A stretch of DNA of 64,000 nucleotides, taken from positions 133,510-197,509 of the forward strand of contig JBDRBE010000004.1 of the NCBI GenBank assembly GCA_043823085.1, in the 5' to 3' direction. Shown here in pieces: positions 52,144 through 60,860 of this stretch. Numbering within the stretch: the stretch's first letter is position 1; the number at the start of each line of letters is the position of its first letter. The position numbers were made by a program, and so were the translations under genes. The stretch comes from Candidatus Levyibacteriota bacterium. GTDB lineage: Bacteria; Patescibacteriota; Microgenomatia; Levybacterales; UBA12049. The notes under the pieces were generated by a model that was not told the origin of the DNA, made no database searches, and saw nothing but the letters and a program-made list of their open reading frames with translations.

Positions 52144-53220
52144 ATGAGCAAACTTCAAATTGGAATCATTTCATGCGGGGGAACAATTGTGATGGAAAAA
52201 GGGATAAAAGGTGCCCTTGAGCCAAAGAAGAAAATTAAAGACGTTTTGGATACAGTAAACTTAGCTGAATTAAAAAAAGAAATATCTATTCTCCCTGAAA
52301 ATTGTATAGAATTATTTATACTTGATAGCTCAAATCTTAATCAATCTCATTGGGTTAGAATTATCGACGCGGTTAGAAACTTGCAAAACAAATGCGACGG
52401 TATTCTTATATTTCACGGAACCGATACAATGGCTTATTCAGCAACTGCTGTTGGACTTGCACTATGCCAAAAATTGAAAGTTTCAGTTGTTTTTACCGGC
52501 AGCCAAAAGCCAATCGGAGAGCTTGGCAGCGATGCCATTTCCAACGTCGAGCGTTCAATGCTGGTTCTTAAAGAGGCTGTAACAGAGGGGGTTTTAGAAA
52601 GCATGGTTTTCTTTGATGACCAAGCTTTTAGAAGCGTTAATACTAGAAAAAGAAGCGAATCTGAATTTGCAGCTTTTGAAAGCCCAAATTACAGACCGCT
52701 TTTTACAGTTGACGGCATGGGAGTAAAAATTGGTATCTTGGGAAGAAAATTGGAAGATATTAAAAATTCAAAAAATAAAATAAAAGTTGAACTTAAAAAC
52801 GCTTTTGCAAACGGGATTATCCCTTTGTCTGTTGTTCCCGGACTTGAGCCTGGAGCGCTTGAGGCGATAGCAGAAAAAGATTTTTGCAGAGTTCTTATTT
52901 TAAACTCTTTTGGGGTTGGTAATGTGCCGTCAGAAGGTAAATATAGTGTTGTAAACGCAATTGATAAAATAGTGCATAAATTAAAAAAAATTGTAATTGT
53001 AACTTCTCCTTTTGTAGGCGGTAATGTAGACATGAATGTTTATTTACCGGGAAAATTAGCTATGGAGGCAGGGGCGATAGATGCAGGAAGTATGACCGCT
53101 GAAGCGGCTCTTGTAAAAACCCGATTGCTTCTTGCTCATCCAGAGTTTGGAATATCAGTACCTGAATTTAAAAAAGCATTGCTTGCGAATTTTGCAGGAG
53201 AAAACCCATCGGTCCTATAG
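52144..53220 (+). CDS. L-asparaginase, type I family
   Basis: SCGGTIVM and FHGTDTMAYS asparaginase signatures. The ATG at 52144 lies 7 nt downstream of a tataat box and may give a leaderless mRNA; the track ORF begins at a GTG at 52120. Confidence 0.75.
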   Translation: MSKLQIGIISCGGTIVMEKGIKGALEPKKKIKDVLDTVNLAELKKEISILPENCIELFILDSSNLNQSHWVRIIDAVRNLQNKCDGILIFHGTDTMAYSATAVGLALCQKLKVSVVFTGSQKPIGELGSDAISNVERSMLVLKEAVTEGVLESMVFFDDQAFRSVNTRKRSESEFAAFESPNYRPLFTVDGMGVKIGILGRKLEDIKNSKNKIKVELKNAFANGIIPLSVVPGLEPGALEAIAEKDFCRVLILNSFGVGNVPSEGKYSVVNAIDKIVHKLKKIVIVTSPFVGGNVDMNVYLPGKLAMEAGAIDAGSMTAEAALVKTRLLLAHPEFGISVPEFKKALLANFAGENPSVL

Positions 53221-53222
53221 AA

Positions 53223-53978
53223 TTACTCATTTTTTATTCTTTTAATTATAAAATCGCGGGCTTGGAGTTCGAGTGAGTCGTCGAGGTCAGAAAGAGGGAT
53301 TTCTTTTTTGTATTTTTTTTCGAGCGCCAGTTTTATTAAATAGTCTGTGAATTCGGGGTTTTTGGGGAGAATCGGACCGTGAAGGTATGTTCCAAAACTA
53401 TTTTTGTAAACAGCGCCCTCGGTTTTATCAATTCCATTATTTCCAAATCCGGAAATAACTTTGCCAAAAGGCCTTACGTTTTTCCCAAGATAAGTTCTTC
53501 CGCCATGATTTTCGAAACCAACCAACTGGCTTATGGCGCATGGTTTGTGGCTAATAGTTTTTTTGCTATTCACGATATGCCATGTGTTATCTGCTTGGAT
53601 AATGATATTGCCAATCAATCGTTTATAATCGCTTCCTGGGTTTTCGGTGTAAAGGTCGAGGATGCCAAGGCCGGGAATTATTTTTCCGTCTGCTTCTTTA
53701 TAATATTTTCCCAAAAATTGATATGCGCCGCAGATGTAAAGCCCTGGAATTTTATCTTCAATAGCTTCTGATAGCGCTTTTATTTTTTCTCGAGATAGAT
53801 CTTTGCCGACAATCTGCTGTTGTTTATCTTGCGCGCCGCCCATAAATAGCAGGTTGCACGTAGCTAATAGCTTGTGGTCAAAACCGACATCAAGATGTTT
53901 AATTTCAACTTCAATTTCCCGCCACAGACAGCGTTTCTGCAAAACAATAATATTTCCTCTGTCGCCGTAGGTATTCAT
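53223..53978 (-). CDS. gatD: Lipid II isoglutaminyl synthase glutaminase subunit GatD (CobB/CobQ-like GATase)
   Basis: GDRGNIIVLQKR, GFENHGGRTYL and GTYLHGPILPKN closely parallel Staphylococcus aureus GatD. It lies adjacent to murT. Confidence 0.8.
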   Translation of the reverse strand: MNTYGDRGNIIVLQKRCLWREIEVEIKHLDVGFDHKLLATCNLLFMGGAQDKQQQIVGKDLSREKIKALSEAIEDKIPGLYICGAYQFLGKYYKEADGKIIPGLGILDLYTENPGSDYKRLIGNIIIQADNTWHIVNSKKTISHKPCAISQLVGFENHGGRTYLGKNVRPFGKVISGFGNNGIDKTEGAVYKNSFGTYLHGPILPKNPEFTDYLIKLALEKKYKKEIPLSDLDDSLELQARDFIIKRIKNE

Positions 53979-54007
53979 GAGTTCGGGGTATAACCAACCG
54001 ATAGTTA

Positions 54008-54028
54008 GCGTATGGCGTATGGCGTATG
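54008..54028. repeat. (gcgtatg)3 heptamer array in the gatD-murT spacer
   Basis: Read directly from the sequence. Confidence 0.85.
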
Positions 54029-54030
54029 GT

Positions 54031-55458
54031 TCATAGTATTTTACGTCCTGTTAATATTTTTCTAACTTCTAACATGGCTGAATAAGTCGGCAGAATATAA
54101 AGTGTTTCTGATTTTGGAGTATTAGTCAATGCGGAAGAAATTGCATTTCTTAAGTCTGACTCAATTTTTAATTTGAAATTTTTAATTTTCATTGAATCAT
54201 TCATTTGAAATTTGGAATTTGGAATTTGGAATTCATTGAAAGTATATTTAATGCGTAGTCCCATATCGTAGCATCTGTCTCCCGAAACAGTAATTGTTTT
54301 AAAATCATTAATAGCGCTTTCAATGTCCGTGTCCCATATCCACGATACATCTCTGCCGTCGGGAATTCTATCATTTAAAACAAAAAGCAAATTTTTCCTG
54401 CCCGCAACGCCTCGCAACGCTCGGCTTACATGGCGGGCGGGTCCTCCAAGTTCTATAACAGTTTTTAACGATTCGTTAAAACTCGTCGGATTTTTGGAGA
54501 GAAAAATTCTAACTTTCTTCCCATCAATATTAATTGTTTCCTGTCTGCCAAAGGCGGGGGTGAAATTCTGTAAAGCAGAATTAATTACTTTATTATCGAT
54601 ATTAATTCTCTTTGCCAAAAGAATTGCCGCGCGAGTGTTGTATTTATTATATATTCCGGAAAGAGGATAGAATTCAACTTTAAACATATCTGTTTTAGGT
54701 CTTTTGAAAGCGCATTGGTCGCATTTCCAGTCGCCAAGGTGAGAAAAATAAACCTTATTAAATTGGAGTTTATTGCTACAAGAAGGACAGTAAACAGAAT
54801 CGGAGGCGTGTTGATGCGTAGAAGCGTCACTGCTGTTTTTTTCAATTCCGAAATATTTTGTAGTTGCTTTGACGTCTTTTCCCAAAAATGCAATTAGCGG
54901 GTCGTCGGCATTTAATATTAATGTTGTATTTTTGGAAAGTGTGGCTAAAGATTCCTTCCATTTTTTGGCAATTGAGTCAATTTCCCCATATCTGTCTAGC
55001 TGATCGCGAAAAAGATTAAGCAGAATAATGTAATCGGGAATCAGTTCACTGATTGCAGATGGCAATGTGTTTTCATCAACTTCAAAAATTGCATAGTCAT
55101 AATTTAATTCGCAAAGTATGCTGCTATGTAGCAACATACTTGATGCAATGCCGTTTAATAAATTTGCGCCTGATTGGTTTTGAAAAACCCGCCAGTGGGC
55201 GGGCAGGCTTTTTTCGTGATATTCAAGAATGGTTTTGATAAGTTTACCAGTTGTAGTTTTTCCGTTCGTTCCGGCAATTAAAACAGTCTTTACGTTTGAA
55301 TTTTTTAAAATGTCTTTAATAAAATTTTTGTTAAGTATTAACGCGATGTGTCCGGGCCAGGTTGAACCGGAACCAAGATTCAACGCATTGCTTATTTTAG
55401 AAAGTAGTTTGCCAATTATAATCAATAATATGTTAAGCATTTTTATATTATACCGCAA
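54031..55458 (-). CDS. murT: Lipid II isoglutaminyl synthase MurT (Mur-ligase family with Cys4 ribbon and DUF1727-like C-terminus)
   Basis: IAGTNGKTTTGKLI P-loop and a CPSC..CDQC zinc ribbon, paired with gatD. It carries a heptamer-array insertion. Confidence 0.8.
   Translation of the reverse strand: MRYNIKMLNILLIIIGKLLSKISNALNLGSGSTWPGHIALILNKNFIKDILKNSNVKTVLIAGTNGKTTTGKLIKTILEYHEKSLPAHWRVFQNQSGANLLNGIASSMLLHSSILCELNYDYAIFEVDENTLPSAISELIPDYIILLNLFRDQLDRYGEIDSIAKKWKESLATLSKNTTLILNADDPLIAFLGKDVKATTKYFGIEKNSSDASTHQHASDSVYCPSCSNKLQFNKVYFSHLGDWKCDQCAFKRPKTDMFKVEFYPLSGIYNKYNTRAAILLAKRINIDNKVINSALQNFTPAFGRQETINIDGKKVRIFLSKNPTSFNESLKTVIELGGPARHVSRALRGVAGRKNLLFVLNDRIPDGRDVSWIWDTDIESAINDFKTITVSGDRCYDMGLRIKYTFNEFQIPNSKFQMNDSMKIKNFKLKIESDLRNAISSALTNTPKSETLYILPTYSAMLEVRKILTGRKIL
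54205..54232. repeat. ttgaaat-(ttggaat)3 heptamer array inside murT (sense strand: attccaa)
   Basis: Read directly from the sequence. It encodes EFQIPNSKFQ. Confidence 0.9.
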
Positions 55459-55589
55459 TTTGGAATTCTTGAAGTTGGATGTGGGATTTTCTTGAATTTG
55501 AATTTTTGATTTTTTGAATCATTGACGTCAAAAGATCAAAATATCTAGCAATCAATATCAAGAATTTCTCATCTCTATCTTCAAAAATA

Positions 55590-56483
55590 TCACATCGAGC
55601 GTAGTATTTTTATTCGTTCCTCAATTGGGGGGTGAGTGTTAAAAAGCCCAGAAAACCAGTTCCCTGTTTTTTTCCCTTTAAAGGGGCTTGCGATATAAAG
55701 ATGAGCAGTTGCGTTATTTGCAGCTTCCAGAGGTTCTTTGTCTCTGCTGATTTTTTCAAGCGCCGAAGCCAAACCTTCAGGATATCTTGTTAATAAAGCT
55801 CCCGATGCGTCGGCGAGATATTCCCGTTTTCTTGAAACTGCAAGTTGAATTAAAGTTGCGATGATTGGAGAAAGAATGGCAAATGCAACGCCTACTAACA
55901 GAAAAATACCTTGTGCGTTTCCTTGGCGGTCATTACTTCTTCTTCCAAACCAAAGACTACGCATAAAAAAGTCAGCCATTAAAGCAACAAGACCGACCAG
56001 TATAACAATTACGGCCATTAATCGAATATCATAATTTTTAATATGTGATAGTTCGTGGGCAACAACTCCCTCCAGCTCAATTTTATTCAATTTTTCTAAA
56101 ATTCCCGTTGTTGCGCAGATGACCGCATGTTTTGGATCGCGTCCCGTTGCAAAAGCATTGGGAGCGGAATCTTTTATCAAATAAATTTTTGGCATTTTTA
56201 AACCGCTTCCAATACATAAATTCTCAACAATCCTAAAAAATTGCGGATTATCTTTTTTCTGAATTTGTCTTGCATTGGACATGGCAAGAATTACTTTATC
56301 GGAGTAATAATAACTGCCAAAACTCATTAGGCCTGAAAAAATAAGCGCAAATCCGACAATTGATAAACCAGAACCCGAAGCCTTGCCATACACATAAACA
56401 ATCGTGGTGATAAAGACAATAAAAAATATCATTATCAACCATGTTCTTATTTTATTGGAACTTATTTGAGAATAGATGTTCAT
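55590..56483 (-). CDS. htpX: Zinc metalloprotease HtpX (M48)
   Basis: HELSHIKNYD (HExxH), N-terminal TM helices. 297 aa. Confidence 0.85.
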   Translation of the reverse strand: MNIYSQISSNKIRTWLIMIFFIVFITTIVYVYGKASGSGLSIVGFALIFSGLMSFGSYYYSDKVILAMSNARQIQKKDNPQFFRIVENLCIGSGLKMPKIYLIKDSAPNAFATGRDPKHAVICATTGILEKLNKIELEGVVAHELSHIKNYDIRLMAVIVILVGLVALMADFFMRSLWFGRRSNDRQGNAQGIFLLVGVAFAILSPIIATLIQLAVSRKREYLADASGALLTRYPEGLASALEKISRDKEPLEAANNATAHLYIASPFKGKKTGNWFSGLFNTHPPIEERIKILRSM

Positions 56484-56489
56484 TAAGAA

Positions 56490-57044
56490 TTAAAATTTCA
56501 CCTTCACCGGTTTTTTTTCTTCGTCTGACGTCTGGAAAAATTCTTCTTGTTTAAATCCAAACATCTTTCCAAAAAAACCGCTCGGGAAATTAACTAAAGT
56601 TGTGTTATAGTCTCTGACATTTGTGTTATAAAATTGTCTGGAATACGCAATTTTATCTTCCGTATCGGTAAGCTCGTCTTGCAATTTTGAAAAATTTTGG
56701 CTTGCCTTTAAATCGGGATAGTTTTCAGAGATAGCAAAAAGACTTTTTAAGGCACCGGTCAACATATTATTTGACTCTGCTTTTTCTCCTGGAGTTTTTG
56801 CGCCCATCAGTTCGCTTCTTGCTTTTGAAACATTTTCAAAGATTGATTTTTCGTGTTTTGCGTATCCTTTAACGGTTTCTATAAGATTCGGAATAAGATC
56901 CACGCGTCTTTTTAACTGAACATCAATTCCGCTAAACGCTTCTCGAATCCGAACTTTAGCTGTTGCAAGACTGTTATAAATAGACCATACATAAAGAGCT
57001 AAAATTACTACAAATGCGATTATTATCATTGTTGAAATTTCCAT
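56490..57044 (-). CDS. lemA: LemA-family protein
   Basis: Single N-terminal TM helix and the conserved LemA core (IREAFSGIDVQLKRR). Confidence 0.8.
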   Translation of the reverse strand: MEISTMIIIAFVVILALYVWSIYNSLATAKVRIREAFSGIDVQLKRRVDLIPNLIETVKGYAKHEKSIFENVSKARSELMGAKTPGEKAESNNMLTGALKSLFAISENYPDLKASQNFSKLQDELTDTEDKIAYSRQFYNTNVRDYNTTLVNFPSGFFGKMFGFKQEEFFQTSDEEKKPVKVKF

Positions 57045-57065
57045 TTCTAAATCACCCCCTTCCTC

Positions 57066-58832
57066 TTAATTTTTTAACCATTTAATAAATTCATTATACT
57101 CCAGCGTATTTAAAATGTCACTTTTTTTTGCCCATCCGCGGCGTGCAACAGATACACCGTATTTCATTAAATCCATTTGAGAAACTCTGTGGCTGTCTGT
57201 GTTTATAATCATTTTTATTCCTTTATCAACAGCTTGCCTAACAAGAACATCAGGAAGATCTAGTCTGTATGGCCAGGCATTAATTTCCAGAGCTATTTTT
57301 CTTTTTTTGCAAAATTCAAAAATTGTTTCCCAATCAAGTTGGATTTCCGGACGCTGATTAATAAGTCTTCCAGTTGGGTGGGCTAATATTTTTACTTTTG
57401 AATTAGATAAACCTTTAATAACTCTTTTTGTCATGTCGCTTTTGCTTAGGGTAAAAGAGCTGTGAATAGCGACAATCATTCCTTCAAGGTAGTCAATGCA
57501 GTTATCATCAATTGATAGTTCTCCATTGGCTAAAATATCTACTTCAAGTAAATTTATTGCTCGAATATATTTTTTACTCGAATTAATTTGTTCAATTTTT
57601 GATTTACGCTTCGCTAAAATAGAACAAATTGACTTTTTTGTGTGTTTTGAAACACTTGGATTATGTTCTGAAAAACCAAGATAGCTGTAGCCCAGTTCTT
57701 TGGCTTTTTTAAGCATTTCTTCCATTGAATTAAGGCCTAGATCATGACTTGGTTCAATGGGAAAGTTAGAATGGACATGTAAATCGCCTTTGATATCGGG
57801 AAGTTCTACTATATTTGGCAGTTTGTGAGAAAGCGATAACTCGATTTCACCTGTATCTTCTCTTAATTCCGGCGGAATCCAATCCATTCCAAGTGCTTTA
57901 TAAAACTTTTCTTCAGAATCAAAATTTTGGATTTTCACTCCTTCATTTTTTTTCTTTATTCCATATTCTGAAAGAGATAGTCCTTTTTTTAAGGCTTGTT
58001 CGCGAAGGTGAATATTGTGATTTTTGCTTCCTGTAAAGTGTTGCAGGAGAGAACCAAAGCTTTCAGGCGGTTGAGTCATAAGATCGACTTGTTTGCCGCC
58101 GGAAACCAGAATTGAGGCTGTTGCAGGGCCTTTTTCGATAATTCTATCCTTATAGGGATAGCTAACAAAGTGGGCAATAACTTCAGCAGGTTTTTTAGTT
58201 GAAACAGCAATATCAATATCACCAACTGTTTCAACCATCCTGCGCAGGCTGCCCAGAGGGTAAGCTTCGATGACGTCTTTTGAAGTTTTTAGATGGTCGA
58301 CAATTTTCTCTGCAATTTCGAAAGCATAAGGCAGGGTCATTCTGCTCTTTTTTTGCTTACCCATTTCATACTCATTTATTGCTTGCAAAATATCTTCCTG
58401 GGACTTTTCGCCAAAGCCTTCGAGACTGGCAATTTTACCTTTGACGGCAATCTTTTTAAGATCTTCGATAACAGTATTTTCATTGTTCAAAGAGAATTCT
58501 TTCACTAATTTATATGCTTTTTTGGGCCCAAAAGACGGGATGTCAAGAAGTGGAAAAATAGATTTGGGAATCCCGGAAAAAACCCAATTAAAATGTTTAA
58601 CTTTGCCCGTTTTAAACAGCTCTTCAAGATGAGATTTAATGGAAGTGCCTATCCCAGGTAGCAAATCAAGTTTATTTTCTTTAAATAGGTCTTTTAATTC
58701 GGAATTTGAGCCCTCTACCGCGTCTGCAGCTCTTTGATAAGCAATTATTTGAAAACGAAATTTTTTCTCATCTTTAATCGTGTAGGCGGCGGCAACATTA
58801 CGAAATAGTTTAGCTATTTGAGAGTTTGACAC
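57066..58832 (-). CDS. polX: DNA polymerase X family protein with a C-terminal PHP phosphoesterase domain
   Basis: Pol-beta-like N-terminus (helix-hairpin-helix, GDIDI-type nucleotidyltransferase motif VGDIDIAVS) plus a PHP domain (HVHSNFP..H..H). Confidence 0.8.
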   Translation of the reverse strand: MSNSQIAKLFRNVAAAYTIKDEKKFRFQIIAYQRAADAVEGSNSELKDLFKENKLDLLPGIGTSIKSHLEELFKTGKVKHFNWVFSGIPKSIFPLLDIPSFGPKKAYKLVKEFSLNNENTVIEDLKKIAVKGKIASLEGFGEKSQEDILQAINEYEMGKQKKSRMTLPYAFEIAEKIVDHLKTSKDVIEAYPLGSLRRMVETVGDIDIAVSTKKPAEVIAHFVSYPYKDRIIEKGPATASILVSGGKQVDLMTQPPESFGSLLQHFTGSKNHNIHLREQALKKGLSLSEYGIKKKNEGVKIQNFDSEEKFYKALGMDWIPPELREDTGEIELSLSHKLPNIVELPDIKGDLHVHSNFPIEPSHDLGLNSMEEMLKKAKELGYSYLGFSEHNPSVSKHTKKSICSILAKRKSKIEQINSSKKYIRAINLLEVDILANGELSIDDNCIDYLEGMIVAIHSSFTLSKSDMTKRVIKGLSNSKVKILAHPTGRLINQRPEIQLDWETIFEFCKKRKIALEINAWPYRLDLPDVLVRQAVDKGIKMIINTDSHRVSQMDLMKYGVSVARRGWAKKSDILNTLEYNEFIKWLKN

Positions 58833-58938
58833 ACATAAATCATATCAGAGCATTGATGTTTCGACAAGACTCTATCAATGCTGAGTGTAATCGAAGCATT
58901 GACTACATTTCAATAATTTGTTAGGATACATTAGCCTT

Positions 58939-58985
58939 GGGGTGGTAGCATTGAGATTAACGACGTCTCCCTGCTCGCCCGTCAA
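58939..58985 (+). other. Degenerate copy of the 5' half of tRNA-Asp (acceptor/D-arm/anticodon-stem), truncated in the anticodon loop
   Basis: ggggtggtagc...gtctccctg is identical to the corresponding segments of the intact tRNA-Asp 53 nt downstream. The D-loop and everything after the anticodon loop have diverged. Confidence 0.6.
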
Positions 58986-58991
58986 AATTTT

Positions 58992-59068
58992 GGGGTGGTA
59001 GCTCAGTTGGTTAGAGCGTCTCCCTGTCACGGAGAAGGTCGCGGGTTCGAGTCCCGTTCACCCCGCCA
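58992..59068 (+). tRNA. tRNA-Asp (anticodon GTC), CCA encoded
   Basis: 77-nt manual cloverleaf: acceptor ggggtgg/tcacccc, anticodon loop ctGTCac, T-loop ttcgagt, 3' gcca. Confidence 0.85.
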
Positions 59069-59167
59069 AAATTAGGCGGGTAAGAGAGAAGATCGCCCCG
59101 CTTAGCGGGGTCGAGCCCGCCTGCAACAAATTTTTAGAATTTATTTTCTGCCTGGAAAGGAGGAAAA

Positions 59168-59797
59168 ATGCCAAGAAGAAAAACCTCTGCCCGAAAATTA
59201 GAAAAATTTGAATTAAAAGAAAACAGATTTCTAAAAAAATTTCAAATAAGTGAGTCCTATATAAGTTTAGTTTTAGGAATAATTGTGGTTGCGTTTATTT
59301 TTGTTGTTGTAATTTTATTCTTTAAAGGCAAAAATATTTTAAATTTTAGTCAACCAGCTCAAGAAACAAGCTCAACAAAAACACAGAACCTTTTGGAAAA
59401 TGGAAGTAGGTCGACATATACAGTTGTCAGCGGCGATACGCTTTGGAGCATTTCAGAAAAAGAATATAATTCGGGTTATAACTGGGTTGATATTGCAAAC
59501 GCAAATAAATTATCAAATCCAGATATTATTGAATCCGGAACAAAATTAATTATTCCAAAAGTGGAAACAAAACAGGTTGAGCCAAGCGCGACGCCAACTC
59601 CAACAAAAGCAATACAAATGTTTGTCATTGATTCAATTACGGGTTCATCCTATACAATAAAAACAGGTGATGACCTTTGGAATATTGCTGTTAGAGCATA
59701 CGGCGACGGATACGCGTGGGTAAAAATAGCGCAAGCAAATAAACTTGAAAATCCGGATTTAATTCATTCTGGAAACACATTAGTAATTCCGCGCTAA
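59168..59797 (+). CDS. Membrane-anchored protein with two LysM peptidoglycan-binding domains
   Basis: N-terminal TM helix. Two YTV(V/I)SGDTLW(S/N)IA...I.PGQ.L.IP LysM repeats. Confidence 0.8.
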   Translation: MPRRKTSARKLEKFELKENRFLKKFQISESYISLVLGIIVVAFIFVVVILFFKGKNILNFSQPAQETSSTKTQNLLENGSRSTYTVVSGDTLWSISEKEYNSGYNWVDIANANKLSNPDIIESGTKLIIPKVETKQVEPSATPTPTKAIQMFVIDSITGSSYTIKTGDDLWNIAVRAYGDGYAWVKIAQANKLENPDLIHSGNTLVIPR

Positions 59798-59872
59798 ACT
59801 AGCGTTTAGTGAATAGCGTCTAGCGTTTAGTTTTGGTATTATAAAATAAGTTCACATTGAGCGAACTGAAAT

Positions 59873-59906
59873 GCGGGATTAGTACAATGGCAGTATGTCT
59901 CCTTCC
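59873..59906 (+). other. Degenerate copy of the 5' half of tRNA-Gly (27/34 identity), ending in the anticodon loop
   Basis: gcgggattagtacaatggcagtatgtctccttcc aligns with gcggtggtagttcagtggtagaatgtctccttcc of the intact tRNA-Gly at 60243. Confidence 0.55.
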
Positions 59907-59955
59907 TCCGCCAAAAGCTAAAGCATTCAGGCGGACCCATCAAAATGCGTAGCTT

Positions 59956-60252
59956 TTGTTGGGCAAGGTTAATAAAATGTATTATACTTATATCTTATTG
60001 TGCCTCGATCTTAAAAACAAAAAGAAAAAATTTTACATAGGTTCAAGCGGCAATTTAAAAGAACGTATTTTTGATCATAAAACTAAAAGTGTGGAAACAA
60101 CTAAGATTTTTGATAAAATAGAGTTAGTTTATTACGAAGCTTGTCCTAACAGAACAGATGCCATAAAAAGAGAAAAGCAATTAAAAACAGGTTTTGGAAG
60201 AGGTTATATTAAAAGAAGACTTGAAAAATATTTAAATGACATGCGGTGGTAG
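59956..60252 (+). CDS. GIY-YIG nuclease-domain protein (free-standing, 98 aa)
   Basis: YYTYILLC (GIY) ... FYIGSSGNLKERIFDH (YIG + Arg) ... EKQLK. The stop codon lies inside the first 10 nt of tRNA-Gly. Confidence 0.7.
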   Translation: MLGKVNKMYYTYILLCLDLKNKKKKFYIGSSGNLKERIFDHKTKSVETTKIFDKIELVYYEACPNRTDAIKREKQLKTGFGRGYIKRRLEKYLNDMRW

Positions 60253-60314
60253 TTCAGTGGTAGAATGTCTCCTTCCCAAGGAGAAGGTCGGCGGTCCGAA
60301 TCCGCTCCACCGCT
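60243..60314 (+). tRNA. tRNA-Gly (anticodon CCC)
   Basis: 72-nt manual fold: acceptor gcggtgg/ccaccgc, anticodon loop ttCCCaa, T-loop tccgaat. Confidence 0.8.
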
Positions 60315-60386
60315 CACACAGTATTATTAGTTTTTATTGATAAAATAGGATAAATGTACGATAATACCTAAATTAAAGAAAATAAT

Positions 60387-60545
60387 ATGAAAAAAGAAAA
60401 TATAAGAGTTGTTGGTGGAAGTTTAAGGTTTATTAGTGGAGAAGTTTATAGAGGCTTAGATACATTTAAAGGTGAGGATTATGTTGCGGGTAAGTTTGTA
60501 AGAGTCGGAAGATTATATTGGTTGTTTCTATGGATCCGTTGGTAA
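60387..60545 (+). CDS. Short ORF (52 aa) that may be the 5' part of a frameshifted gene continuing at 60518
   Basis: ATG with A-rich upstream sequence. It overlaps the next ORF by 28 nt in a different frame. Confidence 0.25.
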   Translation: MKKENIRVVGGSLRFISGEVYRGLDTFKGEDYVAGKFVRVGRLYWLFLWIRW

Positions 60546-60826
60546 ACCATGAATCATTGGTATGTCAGCCAGGGAAAGGCGCCGGAGACAAACAAAAAAT
60601 TCATGGAATTATTGATACATTAAGAACACAAGGAAGTGATAAGATCGATGCAGGATTTTATAACTTTTCAAAAAATTCAGAGATAATAGTATTAAGTGGA
60701 GAATCAAATGGTTTAAAAATCTGGGAAAATGACAATAGTCGAAATAAAACCGTAGAACTTTTTGAAAATCTAACTCCTGAAATTAAAGTCAGAAAAAAAG
60801 TAAAAAATAATGCGATAAAATTATAG
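60518..60826 (+). CDS. Hypothetical protein (102 aa), possibly a pseudogene half
   Basis: ORF only. No family recognised. Confidence 0.3.
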   Translation: MVVSMDPLVNHESLVCQPGKGAGDKQKIHGIIDTLRTQGSDKIDAGFYNFSKNSEIIVLSGESNGLKIWENDNSRNKTVELFENLTPEIKVRKKVKNNAIKL

Positions 60827-60860
60827 TTGACGGAATGGTTAAAATTTGGTAAGATAAACC

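Noticed and set aside
53379-53771. 130-aa ORF antisense to gatD
   Set aside because: It lies opposite a CDS with strong family-level similarity.
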